A stretch of 61,750 nucleotides of DNA, the filler included. It is 6 parts of 6 records of this genome, joined end to end, with 100 filler letters (N's around TTAATTAATTAA, not from the genome) between each part and the next. Parts side by side here need not be neighbours in the genome. Positions count along the whole stretch, not along the records: positions 38,731 to 48,656 come from SRR2962707_3633; positions 48,757 to 55,708 come from SRR2962707_3637; positions 55,809 to 61,750 come from SRR2962707_3643; 3 more parts are not named here. One strand, 5' to 3'. Position numbers and translations under genes: made by a program. This document shows, piece after piece, positions 47,372-60,200 of the stretch (its first letter is position 1; every line of letters begins with the position of its first letter). The notes beneath the pieces were generated by a model that was given only the letters and a program-made list of their open reading frames with translations, was not told the origin of the DNA and ran no database searches.

Positions 47372-48477
47372 CACCGGTAGATGATGAATTTGGCGTTGCC
47401 GTCCACCACATCCACTTGAGCGAATGCCCGCCGCAACGGCGGGCGATAAGGCAAATGCCGATTCGCCACTACCCACAACGCCCCTGCATCCGCCAAATGC
47501 CGCCGGGCATGACGAAACAGCGTCAACGCCACCCGATCGTCGACGGCATGGCCCCGGTGGAACGGCGGGTTCAGCACAATCAGGTCAAACCGTTGCTCCA
47601 GGCCGTCCAGACCGTTGCCGAGATGGAATCGGCAACGGTCTGGGTCGGGAATATAAAGGGCCGCGTTACGACGTGCGCTTTCCACCGCGAGAAAGGATTC
47701 ATCGCAGAACGTCACCCGGGCCCGGGGATTGTCCGCCGCCAGCGTCAGGCCCAGCACGCCATTACCGCACCCCAGATCCGCGATCTCCCCTTCCACCTGC
47801 CGGGGCAGATGGTCCAGCAGGAAGCGCGCGCCGATATCCAGATGCTGGCGCCCGAAGACGCCGGCGCCGGTATGCAGTTTCCAGCCACGCTCCGGCACGC
47901 TGACCAACGCCGCTTCCGGTGCCGGCTCAAGGGTCTTGCCCGGGGCAACAGCCGAGAATCGGCGCGCCTTTTTCCAGCCCAACTCCGCCCGGCCATTGCC
48001 CAGATAAGTCTCCATCAAAGGCACCAGGTTCGGCGGCAGGTGCTTGTCCATCCCGGCAAGCCAGACCGGTGTGCCTTCCGGAAGAATCCGCGCCAGCCAG
48101 GCCAGTTGCGCCTGCAGCAGCGACAATTCCTTGGGAACCCGCATCAGTACCTGGTCAGGCCGGATCGAAGGCTCTTGCCAAGGCCACGACCAGCCGGCTT
48201 CCGGTAATGTCATGGCGTTGTCGGAGGCGTTGGCCACCGCCGCGCGCCAGGCCAGCCAGGAATCACCGTGGCTGCATGCAGGGCCACGCCGCAGCGCCGT
48301 CAACCACAAGGCGCCGCATTGGTCGTTTACCACCAGTGTGGCCGGCCCCGCCCCCTGCTCTTGCAAGGTCTTGAGCAAATACCGGTCCGCCGCGTCCCAG
48401 GCTTGCAGGCGCTCATCGCGCCGGCGGGGCCAGCGTCGCAGGCGCAGATCGTCCAGTTGTTCAGGTAATTCGGGCAT
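47353..48477 (-). CDS. rlmG: 23S rRNA m2G1835 methyltransferase
   Basis: LQAWDAADRYLL; VNDQCGAL; LDIGARF; DLGCGNG; NPPFH; VANRHL. Start at MPELPEQ. Confidence 0.88.
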   Translation of the reverse strand: MPELPEQLDDLRLRRWPRRRDERLQAWDAADRYLLKTLQEQGAGPATLVVNDQCGALWLTALRRGPACSHGDSWLAWRAAVANASDNAMTLPEAGWSWPWQEPSIRPDQVLMRVPKELSLLQAQLAWLARILPEGTPVWLAGMDKHLPPNLVPLMETYLGNGRAELGWKKARRFSAVAPGKTLEPAPEAALVSVPERGWKLHTGAGVFGRQHLDIGARFLLDHLPRQVEGEIADLGCGNGVLGLTLAADNPRARVTFCDESFLAVESARRNAALYIPDPDRCRFHLGNGLDGLEQRFDLIVLNPPFHRGHAVDDRVALTLFRHARRHLADAGALWVVANRHLPYRPPLRRAFAQVDVVDGNAKFIIYRCQSSMS

Positions 48478-48567
48478 CAAAACGGCTATCAGGCAGGGCT
48501 GGGAAGGCGCATTGTACGGGGAATTGAGCAGAATATGGACAACCGGATAAATTCCCGTTGCAAAACA

Positions 48568-48604
48568 GTAGCATTCTGAAAATTCGCTGCTAGAATACGC
48601 CCCC
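48568..48604 (+). promoter_or_regulatory. Stable-RNA promoter with GC-rich discriminator
   Basis: -10 TAGAAT (48591-48596) followed by ACGCCCCC; weak -35. Confidence 0.55.
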
Positions 48605-48609
48605 ACATT

Positions 48610-48656
48610 CGGAGTATAGCTCAGCCTGGTAGAGCACTACGTTCGGGACGTAGGGG
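48610..48656 (+). tRNA. tRNA-Pro(CGG), 3' part cut by the contig end
   Basis: CGGAGTA acceptor 5' arm; D arm GCTC-AGCCTGGTA-GAGC; anticodon arm CTACG-TT CGG GA-CGTAG. Confidence 0.92.
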
Positions 48657-48756
48657 NNNNNNNNNNNNNNNNNNNNNNNNNNNNNNNNNNNNNNNNNNNN
48701 TTAATTAATTAANNNNNNNNNNNNNNNNNNNNNNNNNNNNNNNNNNNNNNNNNNNN
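48657..48756. other. Artificial contig linker
   Basis: N44-TTAATTAATTAA-N44. Confidence 0.98.
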
Positions 48757-48777
48757 TTTTTTTTTTTTTTTTTTTTT
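48757..48777. repeat. T21 homopolymer at the contig end
   Basis: Seen directly. Confidence 0.9.
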
Positions 48778-49156
48778 GTGAGTAGATCTACCGGTAGATT
48801 GTTGTTGTGTGTGCGCGGGTGGGTGTGTGATCAACCGGGTAGTGCAGCCTGTACGATTATCAAAGTCGCTATGCAATCAATTGGTGTACTCAAGAACAGC
48901 CTAACTGAGCATTATCATCAATAGACAGATGAAGTTCACTCCACAGACGAATAACGACATAAATGATCAAAGCCTTTTTCCGTGCTGGGAACCGGCGCAT
49001 TGCCACAGCGCGTTGCAGCAACCTCTTGTCAAAACAGCACACCAATGAAGCCGGGCATGACTTGTCTAGTTTTATTATTGTTTTATGAAAATGAAAAGAA
49101 TTCCAATGGACAGATCCCTCAAGACCATGGGCCCTGTCGAACTCGAGGTCCAGTTT

Positions 49157-52100
49157 TCAGCTGAAAATCATCTTGAGCTCCGCGAGTCCAAGTCGGTTCG
49201 CTTTTTTCTTCGACTTCTCGGTGGCCAGAATATCATCGGCCAACTGAGCTTTCTTGTTCTGCAAGACAAGCATTTTTCGTTCAACGGAGTCTTCCACGGC
49301 AAGTCGCACAACCTCGACAGGTCGTCGCTGGCCAAGGCGATGGCATCGATTGATGGCCTGTTTTTCCACTTGAGGGTTCCACCTGAAAACATCCACACGG
49401 CCATATGAGGCCACAACAAAAGAGAACTTTCCACGACTGACATAGACAACAGTGACGTGTGATTCAAGCAAATGTCGGCTTTCAAACGAGCATAGCGTTT
49501 GCAGCCAAAAGCAGACGTGCCAGGGGTCCATCAAGACAACAAGCGATGCTTCGGTCAGGTTCAACCCGATGCCTCCTGCTTTGAGGCTCATGACGAACAC
49601 CTTCACGGTGGGGTCTGTCCGGAACTTGTGGATGGCCGCGTCGCGCTTGGCCTATTTGACAAATCCAGATACTTGACCAAAAATTCACCATTCGACAACA
49701 CAACACCAAACAACAAAATATCCAACAGTGTGCGTGAAAATTCGCCTCGACAGAGCAGCACACCTGTGTCATGGAACCATCCAGCCTGGAGTAGCCAACA
49801 CCTTCAAGATCTAGCATTACTTCAACCAGGTCCAACATGTACGTCCACTGGCTGAAGACGATGCACTTGGTGTGCTTAAATGAAGGCGATTCCCCATCCT
49901 TCTTGGCGCTGACCACCGAACCGGCACCTTCCACAACACCCTGCACCACTGCCTGTCGCAAGGTCTCTTCGTCAATGACTGTGTCATCATTGTCGCTCCT
50001 CACATCGAAGTCGGGTGGTTTGGCGATACCCAAGTGTTCTGGCGAACAACATTCGCGAAAACTGCTTGAGCCACTGTTGTCAGAGGTGTCAGGACTATTG
50101 TCGACGGAATTTCCATCGCTGTCATTAGCATCCTCCACCTTGGCGTGACGAGATCGAGTGACCCTGCTTCGCTTCGCGGGCACATTCAATGGAGTCTTGT
50201 CCTCAGCGTCTTGGTCTGGACTTTTATCTGAGTTCTGTGACGGGGATTCAGCATTTAAGAAGCCAACCACTCCTTTTCTTTTTTTTCGTTCTTGGCGTTT
50301 TCTCTCATTATCCTCCATCCGGGCTACTGCAGCAGCAGTCCTGGCTGCACTTGCGGCGGCTCCATCGGCACGCGAGTTTCGAAGTTTGCGGCGAGATTTG
50401 CGCGGCTTCCCACCTTCATGCGGCTGTAGTCCCCGCACGAGCTTCAATAGCGCCTAAGTATGTGTTCAAAAACAGCATTTTAAAAGGAAAACGGTCTCCA
50501 GTCGTATGCCAAGCAGATCCAACACTGCAAACCTCCAATTTAGCACTTCGTCGAAACGGAGCTTGCCGTTGCTTCATCTCCTCAATCGTGGGGACCCGAA
50601 GTAAGGGCTCACCATCTGATCGGCCTTGGGCCAGCTGCTGCTGTGCCTGCCAAGCGTCCTCTTGCTCCTGCCGTTGCCGTCGAAGTGCACTCGCAATGGC
50701 ATTTCTGATGCATGTCGCGTCTCGCTTTGGACGTGACCACTTCGTGGAGGGAGGTGGAGCTCGAAGAGACCCAAAAGATGGCGTTGAAGGTGCAGATGAT
50801 GCAGCATCTCCGTCCGCTTCTGAGCCATCGTCCTGCTTCACGACAAAAGTCAGCTGTTGCTTGGTGAATTTTGTCCGACAGACGGGGCACGCTAACTCTG
50901 TGGTTGCAACCGCCTTCCTGGCGTGCGGCATGCACTCAAAGCATGTGACATGTGCACATGGCGTCAAAACAGGATTAATGAACTGATCCAGACAAATGGG
51001 GCATTCCTCGTGATCGCTGTCATCGTCAGCATCGTCGGTCTCATCACAGTTTCCAGAACGCCCGTGAGTACGCTCTGCCAGATCTGATATCACGCGCTTC
51101 ACAAAAGACTGGGACACTGCGCCTCTGCCCCCGGTATGCGCCATGAATCTTGACATAAGATCATCCACAAACTCATCGCGAGAAGGTCCTGATGAAGCTG
51201 CTGCAGCGGCGATCTCTTGTTCTTCTTCTTCGATCTCCGCCCCGAGGTTCGGTTCGCCGTCGTTGCTGGCTTCATTGATGTCCACGTCCTCTTCTCCATC
51301 AACCTGATTCCCGTCCTCAAGAACTCCCACACCAGTGCCAGTACTTGTAGGCATCGACTTCTGTGGCGATTTGCCCTGTCGCTGCTGCTCTTTGTCACGG
51401 AGACTATCTCGGCGACCAATGACCAGAAAAGGATGATCGCACGCTTGACGCAAACGTAGTAAAAGCAAGAGCACCTAAACCATGCAGGACACGTACAGCA
51501 ATCAGTTAGTACAGGTCACAGGTGAAGACAGCAGAGTCAGCAATCAGTGAGCCAAAGTACTGCCTCAACAAACCTGTGCATACTTCTTCATGATACTGCC
51601 GTCAGCCAAAAAACCGTCGAATTCGAACTTGGCACGCCTAGTCCGAAATCGAATCAAAATTACAGTAAGTCAAGACGATCACAACACAAAAACATATTTT
51701 CACAAAAGTCACAACATACTGATGCAGGCTGTCATAAAAATCACGTTCGGATGCACTGAGCGTGACCATTTCGCGCCTAACGAAGAATGAACGGCAAGCA
51801 CAAAATTGTATGAGACGTGGCATTCTGTGTCTGCCGGCTGTTTTTTCAACAATATTAATCCAATGAATGCAAGTCACCCATGTCCATTGACCTGCAGACG
51901 ATTGGGGGAAGTTTCACGATGGCTTGGCCGGAGCTATCAATACTCTTCAGGGTGCGGCGCATCAGCAAAGGCTTCAATATTCCTTTCACACGGTCCGCTG
52001 CTGCCATAGCAATAGCAGGATCTGCACTCGCAAAGGGGCGTGTAATGACCTATTTATCCAGCACACCCACCGTTTGGCCATCAATCCCCGACAACGAACG

Positions 52101-55100
52101 AAAACGATAGCCCATTGACAAAAAGTGGGTCAGTTCGATGGTTCAAATCATAGCTCACACACCTTCGCCCACCATGCAGCTTCGTTCCATGGCTCATGCC
52201 GCAGGAAGCGCAAAAGCGGGTAGAGATCGTCCAGCGAGTTTTGAATTGGAGTGCCTGGCAGCATCGGCAATTTGATAAATTGCACGGAACGACACGGTTC
52301 AGGGCCCCGTGTGCAATGCAAAGCATGTCAACGGACCTGTAATGCACCAACGCGTTTCAGCCCGCAGCTTTGCCACAGCATGTGCGCTCTGAGTGTCACG
52401 ATTGTTGATGTAATGCGCTTCGTCCAATGACACCCGACGCCAAACAATCGAAAACAGGCCGCTTGATACGGTCGAAAAGTTAACAGCCGGAGCGCCTGTA
52501 CGACGAATCCCCTGCACATGAAGCGCTTTTGCTTCCTCCGTCACAATTCCGTACCTACAGAACAACGAGCGATTGCTGTGACGTCGGTGCACAGAAGCAA
52601 AATCCAACCACAGCAGCGTCACTGGGGAAAACGCACGTTGTTAACACAACATCGTAGGCAGCAGCAATGGATGGGTCAACTGAGCGCGTTGGACCGTAGT
52701 AACGCAGTACTCGCACAGCACCTGGTTGCGTGTGTGTGGTCAGCTCCAACTCCCATTGTGACAACACCGAGGTCGGGCAAACCACTAGCGTCGTGTGGGG
52801 TTTCGTTGTCGCATGTGGGCGCGCAGCATTTCGCAACAAAACGTCTGTCACAGAGTTCGAAGGCTGCGAATCACACCTTCCTTCATGAACCTCAGCGACA
52901 ATATCAGGCATCGAAGAATCCTTCTCAACCACTCGGTCAGGATCCTGGTTTGCAGCTTCTTCCCGCTGCAACTGTTGTTGCCGCAGGACCAGCAATTTCT
53001 GATCTGCAACAATAAGGCTCAGCATTTCGATGGTCTTGCCAAGACCCATAGCGTCACCCAAAATTCCACCGTGACAAGGCTGCGGTGGGCGCGGAGCTTC
53101 TTGGCATATTTTCTTGGAAAATGGATTTACAAAGCACCGAGCGGCTCCGCGACGCCCAGAACCCGGCGAGAGCACTTCGTCGGCAGCATCAGGATCGATG
53201 GCATCAATATCAACACAATCTGAGGAAATCACAGTAGCATTGTCGGAACGGCAAGCGGATGGCACGATGACGTCCCAGGGTCCAAATCCTGTCTCAAATT
53301 CGCACTCAATCCACAACGGGTTCAGCATTTGCTGTTGCCTTGACATGGCAGCGACTGTCGCCTTGCTGCTGCTGCTGCTGCTGGAGGAGGAGGAAATTCC
53401 TGTTTGTAGGGCTCTCAGGATGTTGAGTGGGTTGTGTTCAGATTGCAGCGAGCCTTCAGCGTTTGAGGACTCTGTACGCTCCGGCATTTGTTCCCGCAGC
53501 AACATCCACCGAAGGGCAAGGAGCTGATAGGGATGCAGTTTCACCGTGAGGGCCTAGTAAAAGCGGACAACAATCAGATTCGAAACAGGAAGCGCCGACT
53601 GACGCAACTGAGCGGAAACCCAACAAACAAGACAAGTGCATTGTAGTTCCAACCTTTAGACCCCTTGCAACAGCAGTTTCAAGCTCATCAGGAAGGTGGA
53701 CTCCGAGACCATCGCGGACGATGAGTTCTGTGCAACTGTCACTGATGGCTGCTGCTGCCTTTGCCTTCTCAGAGTCCACTTCATGCTCCTCAGGCCCACC
53801 TGAAGCCATCGATGAATTTTTTTTTGACGACAGTGACGTCGGCGACGCAGAGGACGAAGCAGACCTTTCTTCGATTTTTGTTTGTTCGGCAGAATCCTTC
53901 ACGTTCCTGAAAACGTTTACTTTGGGGAAAAAGAAGGCCATCAACTCGAATATTGCAAGTCGAATACGGTCAGGACAGTTTTGCCACTCGAGCTGCTGCA
54001 TAGCCGTTTTGCGAATGTGCACCGTCAACAAAACGTGAACCGGGGTCAGCATCCAAAGTGTGGATGGGCAATTGTACGCATCCCCGGCAACGCGCACCAT
54101 TCCAGCATTCATGAGAAGCGCTAAGGATGCCGCAGGTCCTGTGTCAAAACGGCCAACTGCCTTATCACGGACTAACCCGAACCTTACAAAGTCTTTGGTT
54201 TTCTTCTGTCGTCCGTTTCCAGACCCAAACAAATTGGAAGCACGATTCTTTTTTGGCTTTTTTTTCGAAGCACCTTGTGCACTGCTGTGGGCGGATGCGT
54301 CTGCAACTGGCACGTCAACTTTGTCCGGCCAAACAACGAACGAGCTGCCGAGCTTCCATGGGCATCGTCCTCGCATAAGCGAAGCGCCCTCAATCAGGCG
54401 GCGACCAAGCCGCGCCCACTCATTCGAGTTCGTGACATTTCCTTTCGACGCGCAAGCAGTGCATTCGGGGCCAAAGCCATGTTGACAAACTCCGTCAACA
54501 TCGTTGTCTCGAGGTTCGCCTAATAGAGATGTCCCTGCCTGCGTCGAGAGCTTCTTTCGGGCTTCTTTCCGCCGTTGAACTGATGATTTGACACGCGCAG
54601 CCCAGTCTGACGATGCCCCGTGAGTACTTGGATGGGCGATTGATAAATCGATGACTTTGCGCTTGCGAATTTGGGACCCGCTCTCCTTGGCTTTCCTCGA
54701 TTTCTTTGTTTTTGGCACATCGTCGGCGCTATTGCTGACGTCCGACAGCAACTCGCAGCACTCGAAATCTGAGTCCGACTCACTCCCTATTTCAATGACC
54801 GTCTGCACTGGGTTGCTGGCCCTCCTCTTTGGTTTTGTCCGTGTCAGCTCGGCTGTGCTCGCATCTCCGTCCTTCTTCTTGTCCATGGCTGGACCGGCCG
54901 CCGCTGCAGCCGGGCGTGAATTGCCAGCACTGATGTCGGTCTCTTCGAGTGTCGAAGAAGAATTGAAAAACTTGTTGACAGCCGATTCCACCTTGAAATT
55001 GGCCGACTTCAACAGCCTCAGCAGCTCGGACTCGCTGGCATCGCTGCCGATGATCGCTCGAAGCTGCGTGATCTTCGAAGCTACGCTCGTTTGCCGCTTG

Positions 55101-55165
55101 GTGGTCTTGGTAAGCAGCATGCTTGCGCTTTTAGGGCCACGTTGCGATCGACGTGTAGTGGCCAT
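49157..55165 (-). CDS. RAD5: Eukaryotic RAD5-like SNF2 helicase / RING E3 ligase, 11 exons: 55165-53654, 53553-52637, 52554-52337, 52254-52163, 52049-51892, 51776-51720, 51637-51574, 51474-50533, 50453-49764, 49651-49521, 49382-49157
   Basis: UBA-like N-terminus; HIRAN-like region (FVRF...VGRF); GGILGDAMGLGKT; splicing restores LTTYG, TGTPIQN and DPWWNP; DEAH; LMRRT; LRLRQACDHP; C3HC4 RING CPIC...CAH..C..C...CPVC; IVFSQW; QAINRCHRLGQ. Nine GT-AG introns and one GC-AG intron, 79-138 nt. Confidence 0.88.
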
Positions 55166-55649
55166 TTTTCCACAAAAAGCCCTCGACCCCTTCACTCCTT
55201 GTGAAGCTAAGGGACCGCTGCTTGACGAACTCTCGTCTTGAAATTCGCGCAGAAAAAAGCGCAATCCCGACGTCGAGAAAAAAAGAAAAACGAAAGAAAA
55301 AAACGGAAAAGAAAAAACGATTGGAATGGGAATGAGATGCGAATGGGAAGAAGGGCAACAAGCGCAAACGAACCCAGACCATCCTCTGCGTCTTTTGTTC
55401 TTGACGCAGACTTGTTGGCTCGTGCCGGCCAAGGTCAGTCGTTGTGCAACGGCCACCCCCTTCTGCCCCTGCTTGCCAGTTCCCTCAGCAAAGCAAAGCC
55501 CGCCCCAAGAACCACGAACACCGAGGAGAAGACCACTCGCTCACACGCCTCAGTGTGCGAGATGAGAGGAGACGAGTGAGGGTGTTTGCCGTGAGAGAGT
55601 GTCTACGTGAAGGAGTGGAGTTGTGCGAGTGCATTGTGACTAGCTGACG

Positions 55650-55708
55650 GTGTGTGTGTGCGTGTCCGGTGTGTGCGTGTCCGGTGTGTGTGTGTGTGTG
55701 TGTGTGTG
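55650..55708. repeat. (GT)n microsatellite at the contig end
   Basis: Interrupted TG repeat with duplicated GTGTGCGTGTCCG. Confidence 0.9.
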
Positions 55709-55808
55709 NNNNNNNNNNNNNNNNNNNNNNNNNNNNNNNNNNNNNNNNNNNNTTAATTAATTAANNNNNNNNNNNNNNNNNNNNNNNNNNNNNNNNNNNN
55801 NNNNNNNN
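55709..55808. other. Artificial contig linker
   Basis: N44-TTAATTAATTAA-N44. Confidence 0.98.
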
Positions 55809-55844
55809 CTCCCACTCCCACTCCCACTCCCACTCCCAGTCCCA
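55809..55844. repeat. (CTCCCA)n hexamer microsatellite just upstream of RRP41
   Basis: CTCCCA x5 plus GTCCCA. Confidence 0.9.
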
Positions 55845-55846
55845 CG

Positions 55847-57021
55847 ATGCAGCGGTCCGACTGCATCAACCTGGCTGGACTGCGCGCAGACGGGCGTCGC
55901 CCCGCGGAGATCCGGCGTCTCGTCTGCAAAGTCGGCACCGACTCTTCCTCGGACGGGTCCGCGTACGTGGAGATGGGCAACACCAAAGTGCTGGTCACGG
56001 TGTCGGGGCCCCACGAGGCGGCGAACTTCTCCAGGTCCAAGCACGACCGGGCGATCATCGCCTGCCAGTTCTCGATGGCCGCCTACGCCTCGGCGGAGCG
56101 CAAGGCGCGCGGGCCGCGGGACAAGCGGAGCCTCGAGATCGCGTCCACGGTAGAGCGGAGCTTCGAGCACGTGATCATGACGCACTTGTTTCCCAGGTCG
56201 CAGTTTGACATCAACATCCACGCCATACAAGAAGACGGCGGGGTGCTGCCTGCGGCAATCAACGCCACCACGCTCGCCCTGGTGGACGCTGGGGTGCCGC
56301 TCCATGACATGCTCGTGGCATGTGTGTCGGGTACGTGAACTTTTGTTGTGTGTGCGTGTGTGTGCATGTGCGTGGGCGTGTGTGTGTGGGTGGGTGTGAG
56401 TTGCAGCTGTCGAGTTTCGCGACGCGCGAAAAGAGGGAGCGTCTCAACATCCTTCTTGGCTGTGTCTGTCGACGTTCGGACGGGCCGTCTGCTGGCTGGC
56501 ACACGCTCCCACTGCCCGAATCATGATCCGGAGCCTGTTGTTCTGAGAATGCGCGAGTTTCCAATTGGCACTTTTCATTGTTGCGCTCACAGGTCTCGTT
56601 GAGAAGCACATTCTCACCGACCTGAACTACGTGGAGATGTCGTCTGGGGCGCCTCACTTTTGCGTCGGGGTCTTGGCGCGCAGTAAAAAGCTCATTCTTA
56701 CAAAGGTAGTCCCTGCGTTTGCATCGTTGTGTGGCCTGTGCACGAGCAGTGCTCGTTCTGTTTGACCACTGTGCTCACCTGATCCGAGCTTTACTGCTGG
56801 TGACGCTTTCAATTACCTTTCTTCGCTTTTTTGCTTTTGGTTTTTGTTTTGTTTTTTGCCGCTCGCTTGCGAAACACCGTCAGCTGTCTGGTCGAATTCC
56901 CTTTGAGCGTTTCGAAGAGTTGATGGCTGCGGCATCAAGTGCCACGGCGGGAATATGCGATATTTTAAAAGAGTCGCTGCGAGAGAGAACAATAAAATTG
57001 TTGGAAGCACGTGGAGATTGA
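55847..57021 (+). CDS. RRP41: Exosome complex component RRP41 (EXOSC4/SKI6), exons 55847-56330, 56593-56705, 56884-57021 (244 aa)
   Basis: GLRADGRRPAEIR; DGSAYVEMGNTKV; GPHE; FPRSQFDI; DGG...AAINATTLALVDAGVP; DLNYVE. Two GT-AG introns give a continuous frame. Confidence 0.92.
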
Positions 57022-57229
57022 CGAAACCGTTGCTGGAGTGAAAAAAATACTGCATCATGAAGTGTGACGGACCCACCGATGGCCAAAAACTGGCGTGAAT
57101 GTGTGGCTGCTATTGTTGACAAGGTACTCAGCTTGATAATTTTAGAATCCATGCCTTTTTCTCACGTACGCACTAACGACGGCTGGCGCTGGCGATTCCA
57201 CCAAGCCACTTGGCTGGTTGCAAACGAAA

Positions 57230-60200
57230 CTAAAGATCTACTTGCTCGCAATCGCCCAATTCCAAAGTTTCGTTGAAAAGGTCGGACATCCCCCTCGGAC
57301 GTGCAGGCCCACGTCCAACACGTGGGTCATTTCCACCGTGAAGGCGGCGGGGCGTGCCAACGTGCTGGAACAGTGGCGCCGCAGAAAAGTCTTGTACCCC
57401 TTGATCCCCGCGGCCGAAATCGGCACTGAAACCGGCCACCAATTTTGAGGAACTCTTTGGAGACAGGGGAAGGGTGAGGTCAAACGGCTGCACCTCAGTC
57501 TCTGGGTCATCTCCCAGGTCAGCCGAGGGTTTTTCCACTTTCGATGCTGTCTGTCCATTGTCAGGTGACACACTGTCAGGAACATCACTCGCTGTGATAG
57601 CGTCTCTCTTTTGCCGGGCGCGTCGAACTCGCTCCTGCTGCTGAGCAGGAGCTCGCAGCCTAATTTTTTCTATCTTCTTCCGCTTCGTGGACAGGCTTGA
57701 CACCACCGAGGACATACGCGCAGACCGTCTCCCCTTCGAGTATGCGAAGAACACCAGCAAGCAACGTCAGGGCACGCACACGCACATGCAGCACAGTCGA
57801 GCAACACATGTCAATAGGACACGTTGCATATTCCTTGACGCACGTTTTCAAAACCAGCGAGAGTTTTGCCAAGCGTCCCGTCATCTGCAACTGCGGAGTC
57901 CGAATCGCACTGCTTTTTCAGACGCCGACTTCTTGCACGCCGCCGCATGGAGGCGAGCTTAAGTGCGCGACGCTCTTTCTTGTCAAACGTCACGTCAGTG
58001 GCGATGCTTCCCTCGGCAGCTGCCGAAGCACACAGGCGGTTGAGCAGAGGCATCAGAGTCACAAGATCTACTTTGAAACATTCGAGTGGTTCACAAAGCA
58101 GCAAAATAACCACACGCCGTACCTCTAGCGGACAATTCAATTGGAACTCCATCCAGAGAACCGACTGCCATGTCGTCCATGTCGTTGAAAACAACTTTCC
58201 TAACAGGCCGAACACGGCGTTTGAACGCAGCGCCAAGCCGCTTTGATAAGGGAAGGATTGCTGCAAGTCCGCCTGAATCGCTGCGCGAGCGTGTTCGTGA
58301 TCGTGACCAGCCTGTGAGGTGGCTTTCGTCAGTTTTAATTTGCGCACGCTGCACGGCAGCCTCCATCGCTGCTGTTTCGAGAATGTCTGAGTCAAGTCTC
58401 TTTCGCACGCTGACGGACACTTTTGGCGACAGCGTTTTCAGCTTCCGAAGGAGCATAGCTTTCCTGACTGCCAAGGCAGCACTTCGTAGCCGAAGCTGCT
58501 TTTTGCGTGCCTTCAGCTGAATCATGTCCAGGCAACACACAATGTGGAGGCAATTGTGAGGTGAACCCTCGACGATGTGTCGCATGCAACTTCGTGACCA
58601 ATGCAAAGGCGGATGCTGTCGAACAGCCGACCAACCAACCAAGCAGCCAACTAAACAGCGCCAGATGGTGCGGGGGCTTACCTTTGCTGCGCGGTTGGCA
58701 CGCACAAGAACCCAAGCGCCTACCATTTTGAAGGTGAGCACGACAACGCCGACAAGGGGTGCAGTCACCACAATCTGCATTGCGATTGATTGCGCGACGG
58801 CAGCAACCCACTGAAGACATTGCTCTGGATTGAACGCGGCGGAAAGCAGAATACAAATCATCATGGTAAACAAGGAAAGGATCCCCAAAAACGTCGTGTT
58901 GATGACAAGTAGAATTGTTCTTTCGCGTCGACAATCACGTTCCCAAGAGTCGAATTCAATGAGCCGGATGCGTCTCCTCCTCAACTGCTGTTGCCGAATC
59001 CCACATTGGAATCGCTCCATTACTTTTGTCGCCGTGCTGTTCGCTTGCATTGCATTCGCTGCTGCAAGCGCCTCCGCTCGGGCTTCCAAATCTGACTGTT
59101 CTGCTGCCTGTCCACGGATTTCAGCCCGGGATGGAAGAGGGATGCGGCAATTCAGGAAGCGCAATATTTTAGGAACATGCCGCAACTGCTCCCATGCCTG
59201 GGCTTTGACTTTGACTCGTTTTGCGAGAGACGATGCCTTTGAGAACAATTTGACAGACCACGTTGCCGATGGTCGCGAAATGTCGCTTTGGTTCTGGAGC
59301 TGGAGACGGGTGTCGATGGTTCGGTCCCACCACGTCTGCAACACGGCCAGAACGCGCAGTTGGCGTGTTTGGTTTGCTTGCTGTGCTTCCTCTAGCTGCA
59401 GTGTCCGCTTCGAAACGCAACCAAGTCTCTTCATCATGACCTTGGCTTGCTGTTGCGCCAGACTTCGTGGCACCGTTGTGTTGGTCGTGAAACTGTTTAC
59501 TGTATCAACAGGCGACATGGCACAACAATTTCAGTGCTTACGCAAACGGGCAGTGACACGGCGAAGCAGCATTTTAAACACTGCAAGAGCCAACTTCAAC
59601 TCGATCACGAACCGTTGGCGATCATGAAAGGCAAAAGGTACCTTTGGTGTTGACAACGCGACATGATAGCAACAGACATGTGATCACAAATCCATAACTT
59701 GATTGAAGTGTGCCCCTTCACAAGTCATGTGTCATGTGACATTGCAAACTCACTGGACAGGAAAAAGTATTGTGTTTGCCACCGCAGCTCCAACAAACAC
59801 GTTTGTCATGATGTCCCCAAACCCTTTGCTTGCTTGATCAGTCTCAAGAAAAAAGGCCTAGCGTCGCAACAGCAGGACAAGGCACAAGTCAGTTGTGCCG
59901 GGGTGGTAGAATGTATTTCACGACAAGCGGAACATGACTGACACATGCACCCGATGCGAACGTACTTGCACCAAAAAAGTGGAAAGTAGAGCGGCATAGA
60001 GTACGTATGCCTTGTCTGCTGCTGTGAAGACGATGTTTTCGTGGGTCCAGCGGAAAAACAGAGCTAAGTAAGGGCTCACTGATAAAATCTGAAGGAAGAC
60101 CATGCCCAGAACTGTGCACCCGGGCAGCCACCCTCGCAAAATGGCTTCAAATTCATCACCCCCAATAACAGTGGGCCGAGCCAAACGTCCATACCTAAGA

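Noticed and set aside
48478-48606. N-terminal extension of rlmG in the ORF track
   Set aside because: Overlaps the divergent tRNA promoter; similarity to RlmG starts near MPELPEQ.
48610-48777. Eukaryotic DNA apparently integrated at a bacterial tRNA-Pro
   Set aside because: The tRNA is cut by the contig end and an artificial linker separates the two; no integrase or att duplication.
48757-48777. T21 as the poly(A) tail of a RAD5 mRNA or retrocopy
   Set aside because: All ten introns are present, so the contig looks genomic; assemblies often break at homopolymers.
49157-55456. Fragmented helicase ORFs as a pseudogene or programmed frameshifts
   Set aside because: Splice sites join all fragments in frame and restore the conserved motifs.
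55809-55844. (CTCCCA)n as a telomere
   Set aside because: Only six units visible, not a TTAGGG-type motif, and it abuts the RRP41 start codon; better explained as a microsatellite.
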